Counted from the first letter of the whole stretch, positions 1-8,629 are shown. The stretch is 24,915 bases of DNA, filler included, from an uncultured virus (IMG/VR IMGVR_UViG_2049941000_000750) (16 parts of one record of this genome joined end to end with filler, not necessarily neighbours in it); one strand, 5' to 3'. The notes: generated from the letters alone by a model not told the origin. Program-made: numbers and translations.

Positions 1-497
1 CCTCCCAGCGTTGTCCCTGTTTTGTCATTAGCTACAAATTCATAGTCTGGAATATTAACCAAATCTAAATCTGCGACCGTATAATCTCCTGCATTTAAAC
101 CATAGTTTGCCCATGTGATTGCAAAAGGTTTTACGGTCTCATGAACGAAAATTATCTTGTTGCGATCCGTTTCATAATCGCATTGCGTCATTAACGATGC
201 GGATTTACCAGTAGCAAAACTACACAAATAAGTATTAGTATCGACGTCGTATACGTCAGCAGTATTTTGTCCAAAAACGATGACATGTGTAAATGTTGTA
301 CCGTCAGCATTGAACCCATTGTAGTCAACGATTCTAAATTCTTTATCGGCATTTGTTGTAGGCGCAGCTCTTAAAAGTTTTGTTCCATAACGTCGCTTCA
401 CTCCGCCCGTTAGTTTCACCATCACATTCTCGGCCTTCTTCAGCCCCTTATAATACTGCTGAAGATCACCACGCTGTGATATATTTGCATCCAGTTG
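1..497 (-). CDS. Tail tubular protein B (nozzle), N-terminal fragment, allele 2
   Basis: Manual translation QLDANISQRGDLQQYYKGLKKAENVMVKLTGGVKRRYGTKLLRAAP... is open across the fragment and aligns with 22274-22714. It has the N..V...GG..RR.GT motif of T7 gp12-like nozzles. Not in the ORF track because it lacks a start codon. Confidence 0.88.
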
Positions 498-507
498 NNN
501 NNNNNNN

Positions 508-609
508 TCTTCACCTTTAGAAATCTTTTCACCGATCTTAAGAACATTTTCTTGTGTAACATAACCACAAATGAATTTCCAAAAACTATCCCATTTGTTA
601 ATGCAAGAC
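508..609 (-). CDS. Hypothetical protein fragment
   Basis: Open frame SCINKWDSFWKFICGYVTQENVLKIGEKISKGE bounded by N gaps; no motif recognised. Confidence 0.3.
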
Positions 610-1366
610 NNNNNNNNNNNNNNNNNNNNNNNNNNNNNNNNNNNNNNNNNNNNNNNNNNNNNNNNNNNNNNNNNNNNNNNNNNNNNNNNNNNNNNNNNNN
701 NNNNNNNNNNNNNNNNNNNNNNNNNNNNNNNNNNNNNNNNNNNNNNNNNNNNNNNNNNNNNNNNNNNNNNNNNNNNNNNNNNNNNNNNNNNNNNNNNNNN
801 NNNNNNNNNNNNNNNNNNNNNNNNNNNNNNNNNNNNNNNNNNNNNNNNNNNNNNNNNNNNNNNNNNNNNNNNNNNNNNNNNNNNNNNNNNNNNNNNNNNN
901 NNNNNNNNNNNNNNNNNNNNNNNNNNNNNNNNNNNNNNNNNNNNNNNNNNNNNNNNNNNNNNNNNNNNNNNNNNNNNNNNNNNNNNNNNNNNNNNNNNNN
1001 NNNNNNNNNNNNNNNNNNNNNNNNNNNNNNNNNNNNNNNNNNNNNNNNNNNNNNNNNNNNNNNNNNNNNNNNNNNNNNNNNNNNNNNNNNNNNNNNNNNN
1101 NNNNNNNNNNNNNNNNNNNNNNNNNNNNNNNNNNNNNNNNNNNNNNNNNNNNNNNNNNNNNNNNNNNNNNNNNNNNNNNNNNNNNNNNNNNNNNNNNNNN
1201 NNNNNNNNNNNNNNNNNNNNNNNNNNNNNNNNNNNNNNNNNNNNNNNNNNNNNNNNNNNNNNNNNNNNNNNNNNNNNNNNNNNNNNNNNNNNNNNNNNNN
1301 NNNNNNNNNNNNNNNNNNNNNNNNNNNNNNNNNNNNNNNNNNNNNNNNNNNNNNNNNNNNNNNNNN

Positions 1367-1620
1367 TCTTCGACAAACTTTCCCTCAAAGTCTTTAGCCT
1401 GGTCTATACTTTCTATCTGATCTAAAATCTTATCGCGTTGAGAAAAAGTCTCTTTGATGTTTGCTTTAGTTCCTTTTTCAAAGTCAGAACGAGCCTTGTT
1501 AAGCTCTTTAGTTAATGCCCTAAGGTTTTTACTATCCTTAATGTTTGGATTAACCTCTTGATAAATTTTATCTAGTATTGCGCTTTGTTGATCAAAATTT
1601 TCAATGCGTGCTTTGTTGTA
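1367..1620 (-). CDS. Coiled-coil protein fragment, probably internal virion protein
   Basis: Open frame YNKARIENFDQQSAILDKIYQEV...KDFEGKFVEE; K/E-rich and helical like 18643-19399. Confidence 0.45.
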
Positions 1621-1664
1621 NNNNNNNNNNNNNNNNNNNNNNNNNNNNNNNNNNNNNNNNNNNN

Positions 1665-1676
1665 TTAATTAATTAA
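1665..1676. other. Artificial contig linker TTAATTAATTAA (first of 15 copies)
   Basis: Identical 12-mer with stops in all six frames, centred in 100-nt N spacers, at 1665, 3180, 4773, 6309, 6817, 7244, 8154, 9619, 10954, 12285, 15784, 17810, 20795, 22218 and 23383. Confidence 0.99.
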
Positions 1677-1720
1677 NNNNNNNNNNNNNNNNNNNNNNNN
1701 NNNNNNNNNNNNNNNNNNNN

Positions 1721-1875
1721 GCTGCAGCTAAATTAAGTTTGTTTAACTTAGCATATTCCTGAGGATTGTTTGCACGAATAGAGCTTATAATCTCACCAGA
1801 CATCTTGAGTAAAACAGGATTGTTTGATTTATTCCACGATTCCAATCTTTGTTTTAAACCGGAAGGAATAACCTT
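1721..1875 (-). CDS. Probable internal virion protein fragment
   Basis: Open frame KVIPSGLKQRLESWNKSNNPVLLKMSGEIISSIRANNPQEYAKLNKLNLAA; same strand and style as neighbouring ejection-protein fragments. Confidence 0.4.
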
Positions 1876-1885
1876 NNNNNNNNNN

Positions 1886-2525
1886 CTAGGTTTAACGATT
1901 TAGATAAAGCATTATATTCATCCTCAAAATCTATATCTACTTGTTGTTGATACTCTTTTACACCAGGCATCGGTGGTTTACTACCAGCCTTTACATCAGA
2001 GACATACTGACGGCTAACCATCTTCTTGCGCTGCCTAATGCCTTCTTTTTGTAATTGCTGAAGGTGTGCAGATATAGAACGCCGTTTATTGTAATCTAAT
2101 ATTGCTGAAGGAATACTAAACTCAGCGTCGCCACTTTTGAAATTAATAGTAGCGGTTCCTTTTTCTAAACTGTCAATAAACTCAGCACCTTGTTCTGTTG
2201 TATCAAAAGCTCCAAGTTGAAGATCTGCAAAAGACTCAAATATAGTTCCATAAAACTTTTGAGATTCTTCATATTTGTTTTTAGGATTAAACATTTCTTG
2301 CCCAAACCTATTTGGTGTAGCAACATTTCCTTCAAATTTCAAAATAGCATCTGCTAAATCAATTTGCGACTGAGCTTGAGTATATTCATCGCCTGCAAAT
2401 ATTCCATTAATAGAAGATATAGCAGCTTTAGCCAAATTCTTGTTGTTAACCTGCAACTGTTCAAATGCTTGCCTATCAAGATATTCAGCTTTGTTATTTT
2501 GAGCCTTGCAGAAGTATCCTGCCTG
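1886..2525 (-). CDS. Internal virion (DNA ejection) protein fragment, gp15-like
   Basis: About 210 open helical codons (QAGYFCKAQNNKAEYLDRQ...SKSLNL). An AAGGAAG Shine-Dalgarno at ~2543-2549 points into the adjacent gap, so a gene starts just after the 2563 stop. Confidence 0.5.
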
Positions 2526-2562
2526 NNNNNNNNNNATTAAATCTTCCTTACGTATGAAATGA

Positions 2563-3135
2563 TTATTTGGCTTCCTCATCTAATTTCCCATTGATTGACG
2601 CTGTTACTTGTTTTCCGACAGCACTTAGGTTTTTGCTGATCATTGGCTGTACAAAGCTTTCCTTAATGAACTTAAACATTGGATTTTCATAAGGTATATA
2701 CGAAGCTTCAAAGTTATTCATCATTGAGTAATCTCCTTGAAGTTGCTTTACTTGTGCTTCCAAAACTCTCTGATGTGTTTCCAGTCCAGCCATCTCAATA
2801 TCTTCCATTGCGTTATTGAGATTCTGGTTCGCAAGTATCATTTCAGTAGAACCACCTTTAGCAAATCCACGACCAGCCAAGTATGCACTGATCGTACCTT
2901 GAGCAGTCCTGGCTTTCTTAATGACATCCCTCTGCTTCTTAGCAAGACCAATCTGAGCAACACGCTTATTTGTATCCAACAGACTCCTTCCAAGTCCCGT
3001 ATCGCCATAGCTTGGCATACGCTTTCCGGATTGTCCCATTGATCCAAACAACGCAGGTATTGCACTACCTAAATTGCCAGCAAATCCTAAACCAATATTT
3101 TTAAATGCATCCTTAAAGCTTCCTCCTCCAAGTCC
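2563..3135 (-). CDS. Small internal virion protein (gp14-like), C-terminal part
   Basis: Frame extends to the gap (GLGGGSFKDAFKNIGLGFAGNLGSAIPALFG...). It contains GTISAYLAGRGFAKGGST, resembling the G...A..A..G....GS motif of podovirus core proteins. Stop at 2563. Confidence 0.6.
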   Translation of the reverse strand, partial: GLGGGSFKDAFKNIGLGFAGNLGSAIPALFGSMGQSGKRMPSYGDTGLGRSLLDTNKRVAQIGLAKKQRDVIKKARTAQGTISAYLAGRGFAKGGSTEMILANQNLNNAMEDIEMAGLETHQRVLEAQVKQLQGDYSMMNNFEASYIPYENPMFKFIKESFVQPMISKNLSAVGKQVTASINGKLDEEAK

Positions 3136-3235
3136 NNNNNNNNNNNNNNNNNNNNNNNNNNNNNNNNNNNNNNNNNNNNTTAATTAATTAANNNNNNNNN
3201 NNNNNNNNNNNNNNNNNNNNNNNNNNNNNNNNNNN

Positions 3236-3781
3236 CTTACCTTCCAAAGCTGGACGCAACTCACCAACCCATTGACGGGTTACAAATTCTTGCGTGGACA
3301 ACATGATTTCCAATACGCTGTATGGGGCAATAAAGTAACGATCCTCGAACGGAACAGCATGATGCGACAACAAAGCGTTGGCATGTTGTACCATACGTTC
3401 GCTGATACCATTGGCGTTTCCTTGATAGTTCCATGCGATGTCGTAGGTTGCCGGTACTTGGTCGAGTGCATTGATGATGATTTGGTCCTTACGGCGTCCT
3501 GCAGCAGGTGCGCAAACTTCAGTCGCAGACTTTCCAATAGCGTCCCAATTGACTTCGCTAGCTTGGAAGTAGTCAACATATTCAGCATGATTCCAGTTTT
3601 CCAACGAAATCGTGGTTGGCAACGTGGCCGAGTTCATGTTCGGAATGTCAGCACCCGGAACAGAAATCGAACCAATGCCATAACCCAAACGAGTTACTTG
3701 GTAAGTTGAAGCTCCCAGTGCATTGTTTTCATGGAAAACACCACCGAGACGCGAGTTAGCTTGATAGACCCCTTTTACTTC
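3236..3781 (-). CDS. Major capsid protein, N-terminal/central fragment
   Basis: Frame extends upstream of the listed ORF: EVKGVYQANSRLGG...STYQVTRLGYG...LENWNHAEYVDYFQASEVNWD...AAGRRKDQIIINAL...DRYF. These match the EVK..YQ and A.GR..D..II.AL motifs of BPP-1/HTVC010P-type capsids. Confidence 0.9.
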
Positions 3782-3791
3782 NNNNNNNNNN

Positions 3792-4053
3792 AAACTTGTC
3801 TGTTATCTTCTGATATTCTGCAGTAAGCTTTTCATCAATCTCTTGAATGATTTGCTTCTGTTCAGCTTCAGACATCATATCCCAAGTGTTGGTAGATTGT
3901 CTTGCCAAATACTCCACGAGCTCATCGGATGGGGCTAATTCCATCCAACGAGTCTGAGGAGGACAGATTGTAGAAACAAAAGTATTTACAAACGCATCGG
4001 CTGCTCTGGAAACAGTTGAATCAAATACATTCGGCTGACCCGTTTGTCCATGA
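3792..4053 (-). CDS. Portal (head-tail connector), second fragment
   Basis: Translation GQPNVFDSTVSRAADAFVNTFVSTICPPQTRWMELAP... contains the VFDST...PP...W..L.P motif of T7 gp8-like portals. Confidence 0.88.
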
Positions 4054-4063
4054 NNNNNNNNNN

Positions 4064-4413
4064 CCCTTCTGTAAAGGATATACGAAAACAGTCTTTACGA
4101 CCCTGCTTGTACCATCACCATTTGGAGTTAATTGTTCACCCTTATGGATGACGACATAGTCAACTTCGTCGATAACCGTTGAAGTCATAGACTTTGTAGC
4201 AGCCGTATCGTCTGGCGTGCTCATGTGGCGAACAGTAATGATATTACCTTCGCTTAACAAGCTATACGCTTCAGCAAAATAGTTGTTGAATGTATTAGCA
4301 GCAGCCAATTGAATATCTGCAGCACTATCTGTTGTCTGATAAAGCCAGTGCATTTCTGCATTGTTAGACAAAGCTTGTGCAGCAACTGAAGTGAATTTAG
4401 AAATATCAAACAT
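4064..4413 (-). CDS. Capsid decoration/minor capsid protein, N-terminal fragment
   Basis: Starts 21 nt after the capsid stop with an AAAGGA Shine-Dalgarno. Has the W.Y.T.D..A.....YF..A..LL..G..I pattern of the gene that follows this capsid family. Confidence 0.65.
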
Positions 4414-4434
4414 TTTAATTATTCCTTTCTAAAG

Positions 4435-4728
4435 TTAAGCCATTGCTGGAACTTTTGCCTTTACGCGGATGATACCTTTGTTTTCAACAACAGCAGCACC
4501 ACAGCTCAACGGAGCATTTACCAACCACGAACCTTTTTCAGGTACACGGTCAATACGCAACATCGGAACACCAGAACCGCCAATATTGCCTTCTCCAACA
4601 GCGACTTCAAGAGCGCGCTTGTGGCAAGCAAAGCAATTGTAGGTAACAGTTCCATCACCATTGTCGACGTAAGGCATACCACCTTCAGGATTGTTAGCCA
4701 TGAATATCCACTTGAATCCACCGAAGTT
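4435..4728 (-). CDS. Major capsid protein, C-terminal fragment
   Basis: NFGGFKWIFMANNPEGGMP...CFACHKRAL...IDRVPEKGSWLVNAPLSCGAAVVENKGIIRV fits the conserved GF.F...EGGLP...HK.A...VPEK.SWLV...GI..V capsid end. Confidence 0.9.
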   Translation of the reverse strand, partial: NFGGFKWIFMANNPEGGMPYVDNGDGTVTYNCFACHKRALEVAVGEGNIGGSGVPMLRIDRVPEKGSWLVNAPLSCGAAVVENKGIIRVKAKVPAMA

Positions 4729-4828
4729 NNNNNNNNNNNNNNNNNNNNNNNNNNNNNNNNNNNNNNNNNNNNTTAATTAATTAANNNNNNNNNNNNNNNN
4801 NNNNNNNNNNNNNNNNNNNNNNNNNNNN

Positions 4829-4954
4829 GTAATTTGCATTTAGCAGTTTCGCCTCTCTGCTATTGTCGGAAAAGGATTCTATTTCATTAGCTCCAATTAA
4901 ATTGAGAGCTAAATTGCATACTTGAATTTTAGTCTGAAAAGTCGTAGCTGCCAT
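4829..4954 (-). CDS. Tail tubular protein A (adaptor), N-terminal fragment
   Basis: MAATTFQTKIQVCNLALNLIGANEIESFSDNSREAKLLNANY has the CN.AL..IG...I.S..D.S.EA signature of T7 gp11-like adaptors. Confidence 0.88.
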
Positions 4955-4963
4955 GTTAATTGG

Positions 4964-4999
4964 TTTTGGGTGAGACCACTAGATGAATCCCACCCAAAA
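4964..4999. promoter_or_regulatory. Intergenic stem-loop between decoration and tail tubular A genes
   Basis: TTTTGGGTG (4964-4972) and CACCCAAAA (4991-4999) are perfect inverted repeats, extendable inward with G-U pairs on the minus-strand RNA. There is no free U-tract after the stem. Confidence 0.55.
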
Positions 5000-5008
5000 G
5001 GTTAATTG

Positions 5009-5635
5009 TTAATGCTCTAACGCAATCAAGATTGAAGCACTACCAGCTGCTCCAAGAGCCGTATAATCTACAGAAATAACGTTTCCTGGCGCAACAATGT
5101 TAAGTGCGGTTGGGTTTGCAGTTGCAGAATTTGCATTATTCGCAATTGTAGCAACACCATCCGTTACATTTACGCCGCCAATCTTTAACGTATAAGTACA
5201 TCCACCAGCAGAGTTTGCTGAAGTTGCAACCGTCATGCTTTTAATAACACCACCAACGGGGGCAAGCACACTTACTGTAGCATTAGCATTTGCATCAGCA
5301 ACATAAGGATTAAACGTTAAGTAGTCAACGTGTGCGCTTGCATCGCTTTCTGCAACCAAGTAAACAATGAACGGATGTACACCAAAAGTACCATCTCCAT
5401 TTCCTTCAATATTGAACGAAGTGTCAATGCATTTTGAATTTCCAGCTAATGTCGTTTCGTTGAAATATCCAGCATTTGCAGAGTCTGCTGCAGTCATTGA
5501 TACTGTTCCAAGCTGCGTTCCTCCATGCTCGTGCTGTTTCAAAGTCAACGTTAATGTTTTTGTATCAGCAATTTTTTCCAAACGAACAACACCAAGCTTT
5601 GTTACACAAACTGGCAGCTTTGTTATTTTGAGCCT
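5009..5635 (-). CDS. Beta-rich virion surface protein, C-terminal fragment (probably the same gene as 4064-4413)
   Basis: 208 open codons, Ala/Gly/Thr/Asn-rich, with two apparent beta-sandwich units (...APVGGVIKSMTVATS...TYTLKIGGVNVTDG...VAPGNVISV). Lies directly upstream of tail tubular A. Confidence 0.6.
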   Translation of the reverse strand, partial: RLKITKLPVCVTKLGVVRLEKIADTKTLTLTLKQHEHGGTQLGTVSMTAADSANAGYFNETTLAGNSKCIDTSFNIEGNGDGTFGVHPFIVYLVAESDASAHVDYLTFNPYVADANANATVSVLAPVGGVIKSMTVATSANSAGGCTYTLKIGGVNVTDGVATIANNANSATANPTALNIVAPGNVISVDYTALGAAGSASILIALEH

Positions 5636-5645
5636 NNNNNNNNNN

Positions 5646-5737
5646 TCATATGCTCTTTTATACATTGAAAAAAAGGTTTCAGCTCCGCCTTTAGCTTTGT
5701 TGTATCTCTTCTTTATGTTCTCTACGATCTTTTCCAT
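5646..5737 (-). CDS. Portal protein, N-terminal fragment
   Basis: MEKIVENIKKRYNKAKGGAETFFSMYKRAY with GAGGA Shine-Dalgarno; resembles the I.KRY..A........Y..AY portal start. The listed 5009..5737 ORF is a chimera across the gap. Confidence 0.75.
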
Positions 5738-6264
5738 TGATAGTGTCCTCTAAATCTTTAATTCTTTGCAATGTTTTTGAAGCACGCTTTAAAAAGTTCC
5801 TCTTTTTGCAGTATTCTTTAAGTGTATCTGAATCTTCTCCCATTATAAATGAGCCATCTTTACATGATTTTTTTACAAAAGCTCTAAAATATATTATCGA
5901 ATTACTTCCAACGGTAATATTATCCATTACCATAGAGCTTGTATAAAACCTTACGTTGTCTCCAACAGTAACATTACTGTGTAAGCATGCTTGAGGAAAC
6001 AACAAGCAGTTATCTCCCATAATCACATCATGTCCAACTCCACTTAAACAAGAAAAGAAACAATTCTTTCCTATTTTAGCATCATGTAAAAAGCCTCGTT
6101 CTATAACAACAAATGGCTTAAAGCAACAGCCGTCTCCTATAAAAAGCTTTTTATCAAACCTTTCATCATCTGGAGAAGCATCCCAAACAGAGGGTGTTTC
6201 TCCTATGACACAGTTTTCTCCAATAATAACATTGTCTCCAATGATTACATTTTTACGAATAATC
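5691..6264 (-). CDS. Left-handed beta-helix acyltransferase, LpxD/LpxA-like (5' end missing)
   Basis: 190 open codons with hexapeptide repeats (VIIGDN VIIGEN CVIGET; LFIGDG; AKIGKN; VIMGDN; VTVGDN; ITVGSN), IERG (cf. IDRG/IHRG), GVGHD (cf. QIAHN/HIAHD) and a C-terminal helix LQRIKDLEDTIN (cf. LpxD KRLKSLERKVN). Confidence 0.8.
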
Positions 6265-6364
6265 NNNNNNNNNNNNNNNNNNNNNNNNNNNNNNNNNNNN
6301 NNNNNNNNTTAATTAATTAANNNNNNNNNNNNNNNNNNNNNNNNNNNNNNNNNNNNNNNNNNNN

Positions 6365-6772
6365 TCGAGTCTCAAAAGCAATTTTATCATTGTATATGAC
6401 CATGTAATGCCAACGAACAAACCGAGTCATGCCATTCTCTGCTTTAATGAATTGCGGATCAATTACACAAGCTTCCAACACTTCTATTTCGCAATCCATC
6501 TCTTCATTGTTATCACTATCCAAAACTGAATAATCAAAGCCAGGAAAGGTATATTCTATCTGGCTATAGCGCAACTTCTGTTTACGGAATACCGCCGTTA
6601 TCTTCTGTTGTGGGGACAATTCTACTGCTATGTCTAGGGGCGGTATTGCCGTAAAGTCTAATGGAGAAGCACTGTCAAAATAATCACCGCTATGCTGGAC
6701 CAATAAGCAACCCATGCCAACGAATATGTCATGGGCGAATTGGTCTATGATAGAATAGAAATTGGATTGATT
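6365..6772 (-). CDS. Portal protein, third fragment
   Basis: NQSNFYSIIDQFAHDIFVGMGCLLV...PLDFTAIP...ITAVFRK matches the SNF......DL.V.G and VFR portal motifs. Confidence 0.88.
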
Positions 6773-6872
6773 NNNNNNNNNNNNNNNNNNNNNNNNNNNN
6801 NNNNNNNNNNNNNNNNTTAATTAATTAANNNNNNNNNNNNNNNNNNNNNNNNNNNNNNNNNNNNNNNNNNNN

Positions 6873-7199
6873 CTTTTCAATGAATGACGACGCCCACTTC
6901 TTTACGGGACGATAACCAGCTGACATTAAAGCCATCATCTGATCAACGGTCATACCAGAACACTTGCGATAGTCTCTTTCGACACTCATCTTCAGCTCAG
7001 GTATCTGACGCTTCTTTTTGTTTTCGTCTTGGAATTTTAATCCAACATCCAAGTAAATGTGAACGTCAACCATCTCACCCTCTATTTTGTATAGAAGCGT
7101 ATTGTTATCGATCACCAACTTTTTAATTGGATATTCCTTTTTCTGCTCAGCCAATACCGGTTGTTCAGGTTCTGGCTTTGCCTCATCTAGTGTTTTTTT
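6873..7199 (-). CDS. Hypothetical head-module protein fragment (allele of the 24376-24652 gene)
   Basis: Open frame ending MTVDQMMALMSAGYRPVKKWASSFIEK, nearly the same as MTVDQMMSLMSAGYRPTKKWASSFVAK at 24651. Confidence 0.75.
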
Positions 7200-7299
7200 N
7201 NNNNNNNNNNNNNNNNNNNNNNNNNNNNNNNNNNNNNNNNNNNTTAATTAATTAANNNNNNNNNNNNNNNNNNNNNNNNNNNNNNNNNNNNNNNNNNNN

Positions 7300-7364
7300 A
7301 ATTGTATGCTAAACTCAATCAACATCGCAACAAAAGCGATTCTACACAAATGAATCTTTTCTAA
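7300..7364 (+). CDS. C-terminal end of an unknown protein ending in QMNLF
   Basis: Frame LYAKLNQHRNKSDSTQMNLF-stop (TAA 7362-7364). Confidence 0.45.
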
Positions 7365-7435
7365 GTTTTGTTTCATCGTTCAACAGGCTAAGCATAAAAC
7401 ATACCAATTATGCAAGGTCGAACTAAAAAGCAAAG

Positions 7436-7490
7436 AGTGTCCTACATAGGGGATAGAGAAAAAATTTTAGCAAGTCCTATCCCCTATAAC
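7436..7490 (-). repeat. Hairpin element, copy 1
   Basis: Perfect 11-bp inverted repeat ATAGGGGATAG (7446-7456) / CTATCCCCTAT (7477-7487). The minus strand reads GTTATAGGGG...TCCCCT ATG TAGGACACT. Confidence 0.7.
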
Positions 7491-7621
7491 TTTTCGGCAG
7501 TTTGGCAGAAAATCATTCGACACTTTGGCAATTACTCAAAAACAGCCAATATGTTCTTAGCAATCGCCTTTACAACAGGAACAGAAAATCTTTAATGTAG
7601 TTGTTCTTGGGNNNNNNNNNN

Positions 7622-7792
7622 GAGTTAGAACAATACTACAGGGATGACTTCTGCATTGAAGCAGATGTTCTCTATGATCAAATCGTCGCAAGGCTAAAAA
7701 ACAAAATAGCTCAGTTGCAATATAAAACACGCCATGTCGTTAAACTCCCAGAGGACTTTTATCGTCAAGCATTGGAAGCACGGGCTAAGTAA
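7622..7792 (+). CDS. Hypothetical protein, C-terminal fragment
   Basis: ELEQYYRDDFCIEADVLYDQIVARLKNK...QALEARAK-stop; overlaps the HNH start. Confidence 0.5.
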   Translation, partial: ELEQYYRDDFCIEADVLYDQIVARLKNKIAQLQYKTRHVVKLPEDFYRQALEARAK

Positions 7793-8109
7793 TTCACCAA
7801 CCTATCAAACGTGGCAAAATATGATTCAACGATGCAATAATCCAAATTCGCCAAATTATAAGAACTATGGCGGTCGTGGCATTACCGTATGTAGTGAGTG
7901 GACAGATTTCACACGTTTTCTAAGGGACATGGGAGAAAAACCAAGCGGATATAGCATTGAGCGAAAGAATAACAATGCAGGATATTGTCCCGAAAATTGT
8001 ATCTGGGCTTCAAAAAAAGATCAGGCAAACAATCGTAGGGGCAATATCTATGTACAGGTTAATGGTGTACGTTATACCGTTGCTCAATTTGCTGACCGTT
8101 TTCATTTAG
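7734..8109 (+). CDS. HNH homing-type endonuclease (3' end missing)
   Basis: KHGLS...Y..W..M..RC.NP....YKNYGGRGITVCSEW..F..F..DMG.KP.GYSIERKNNN.GYCPENC.WA....QANNRR, the common phage YGGRGI HNH family. Confidence 0.92.
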
Positions 8110-8209
8110 NNNNNNNNNNNNNNNNNNNNNNNNNNNNNNNNNNNNNNNNNNNNTTAATTAATTAANNNNNNNNNNNNNNNNNNNNNNNNNNNNNNNNNNN
8201 NNNNNNNNN

Positions 8210-8377
8210 AAATAACGCCCGTTATCGCTATTGCCTAACCATGCGCTAAAAAGTTTATCGTTTAGATTATATTTTACTCTAATAAAAGCGCAAGGGTTGC
8301 CTAATCTTGTTGCCTCTTTTATTAAATCTAAACCGATTTTTTTATCATAATCTTTATAAGATATAATTTTTTTACCA
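8210..8377 (-). CDS. Hypothetical protein fragment
   Basis: Open frame GKKIISYKDYDKKIGLDLIKEATRLGNPCAFIRVKY... between gaps; unrelated in style to the Gly/Ala ORF it is fused to in the track. Confidence 0.35.
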
Positions 8378-8386
8378 NNNNNNNNN

Positions 8387-8628
8387 NATTTAGATACAGA
8401 ACCAAAACCACCAAGACTGGCTGATCCACTTAGTGCTCCTTCAGCAGGTGCAAGCAGTCCGCCCAATGCCATACCTCCTAAAGCAGGTAATGCAACACGA
8501 CGTACATCTTTATTTACTGCAGAAGCAACACCCAAACCCATAGCGGCTGTGCCTGCAACCGTAGCTGCAGTTCCACTGAACCCTAAAAAACCGCCAACAG
8601 CACTAGCAATAGGTGCTAAGAAACCCAT
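8387..8628 (-). CDS. Small internal virion protein, Gly/Ala-rich hydrophobic N-terminus (probably the start of the 2563-3135 gene)
   Basis: GGAGG Shine-Dalgarno; MGFLAPIASAVGGFLGFSGTAATVAGTAAMGLGVASAV... is typical of podovirus ejected membrane-channel proteins. Confidence 0.6.
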
Positions 8629-8629
8629 A

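Noticed and set aside
385..497. Invertase-driven shufflon swapping nozzle variants at the identity breakpoint
   Set aside because: The alleles become similar again downstream, no crossover site like the 9029-9073 repeats is evident, and unrelated genes also have two alleles. Strain mixture is the simpler explanation.
5009..5737. Apparent fusion proteins across 10-N gaps (portal plus beta-rich domain; also 8158-8628, 13612-13908, 18620-20230, 22714-23052, 22913-23296, 24648-24884)
   Set aside because: The two sides match different genes out of order, so the joins are not colinear and the fusions are artefacts.
7410..7595. 61-aa plus-strand ORF over the hairpin region
   Set aside because: It has no clear ribosome-binding site or motif and runs through a perfect inverted repeat. 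It is treated as probably non-coding, though not excluded.
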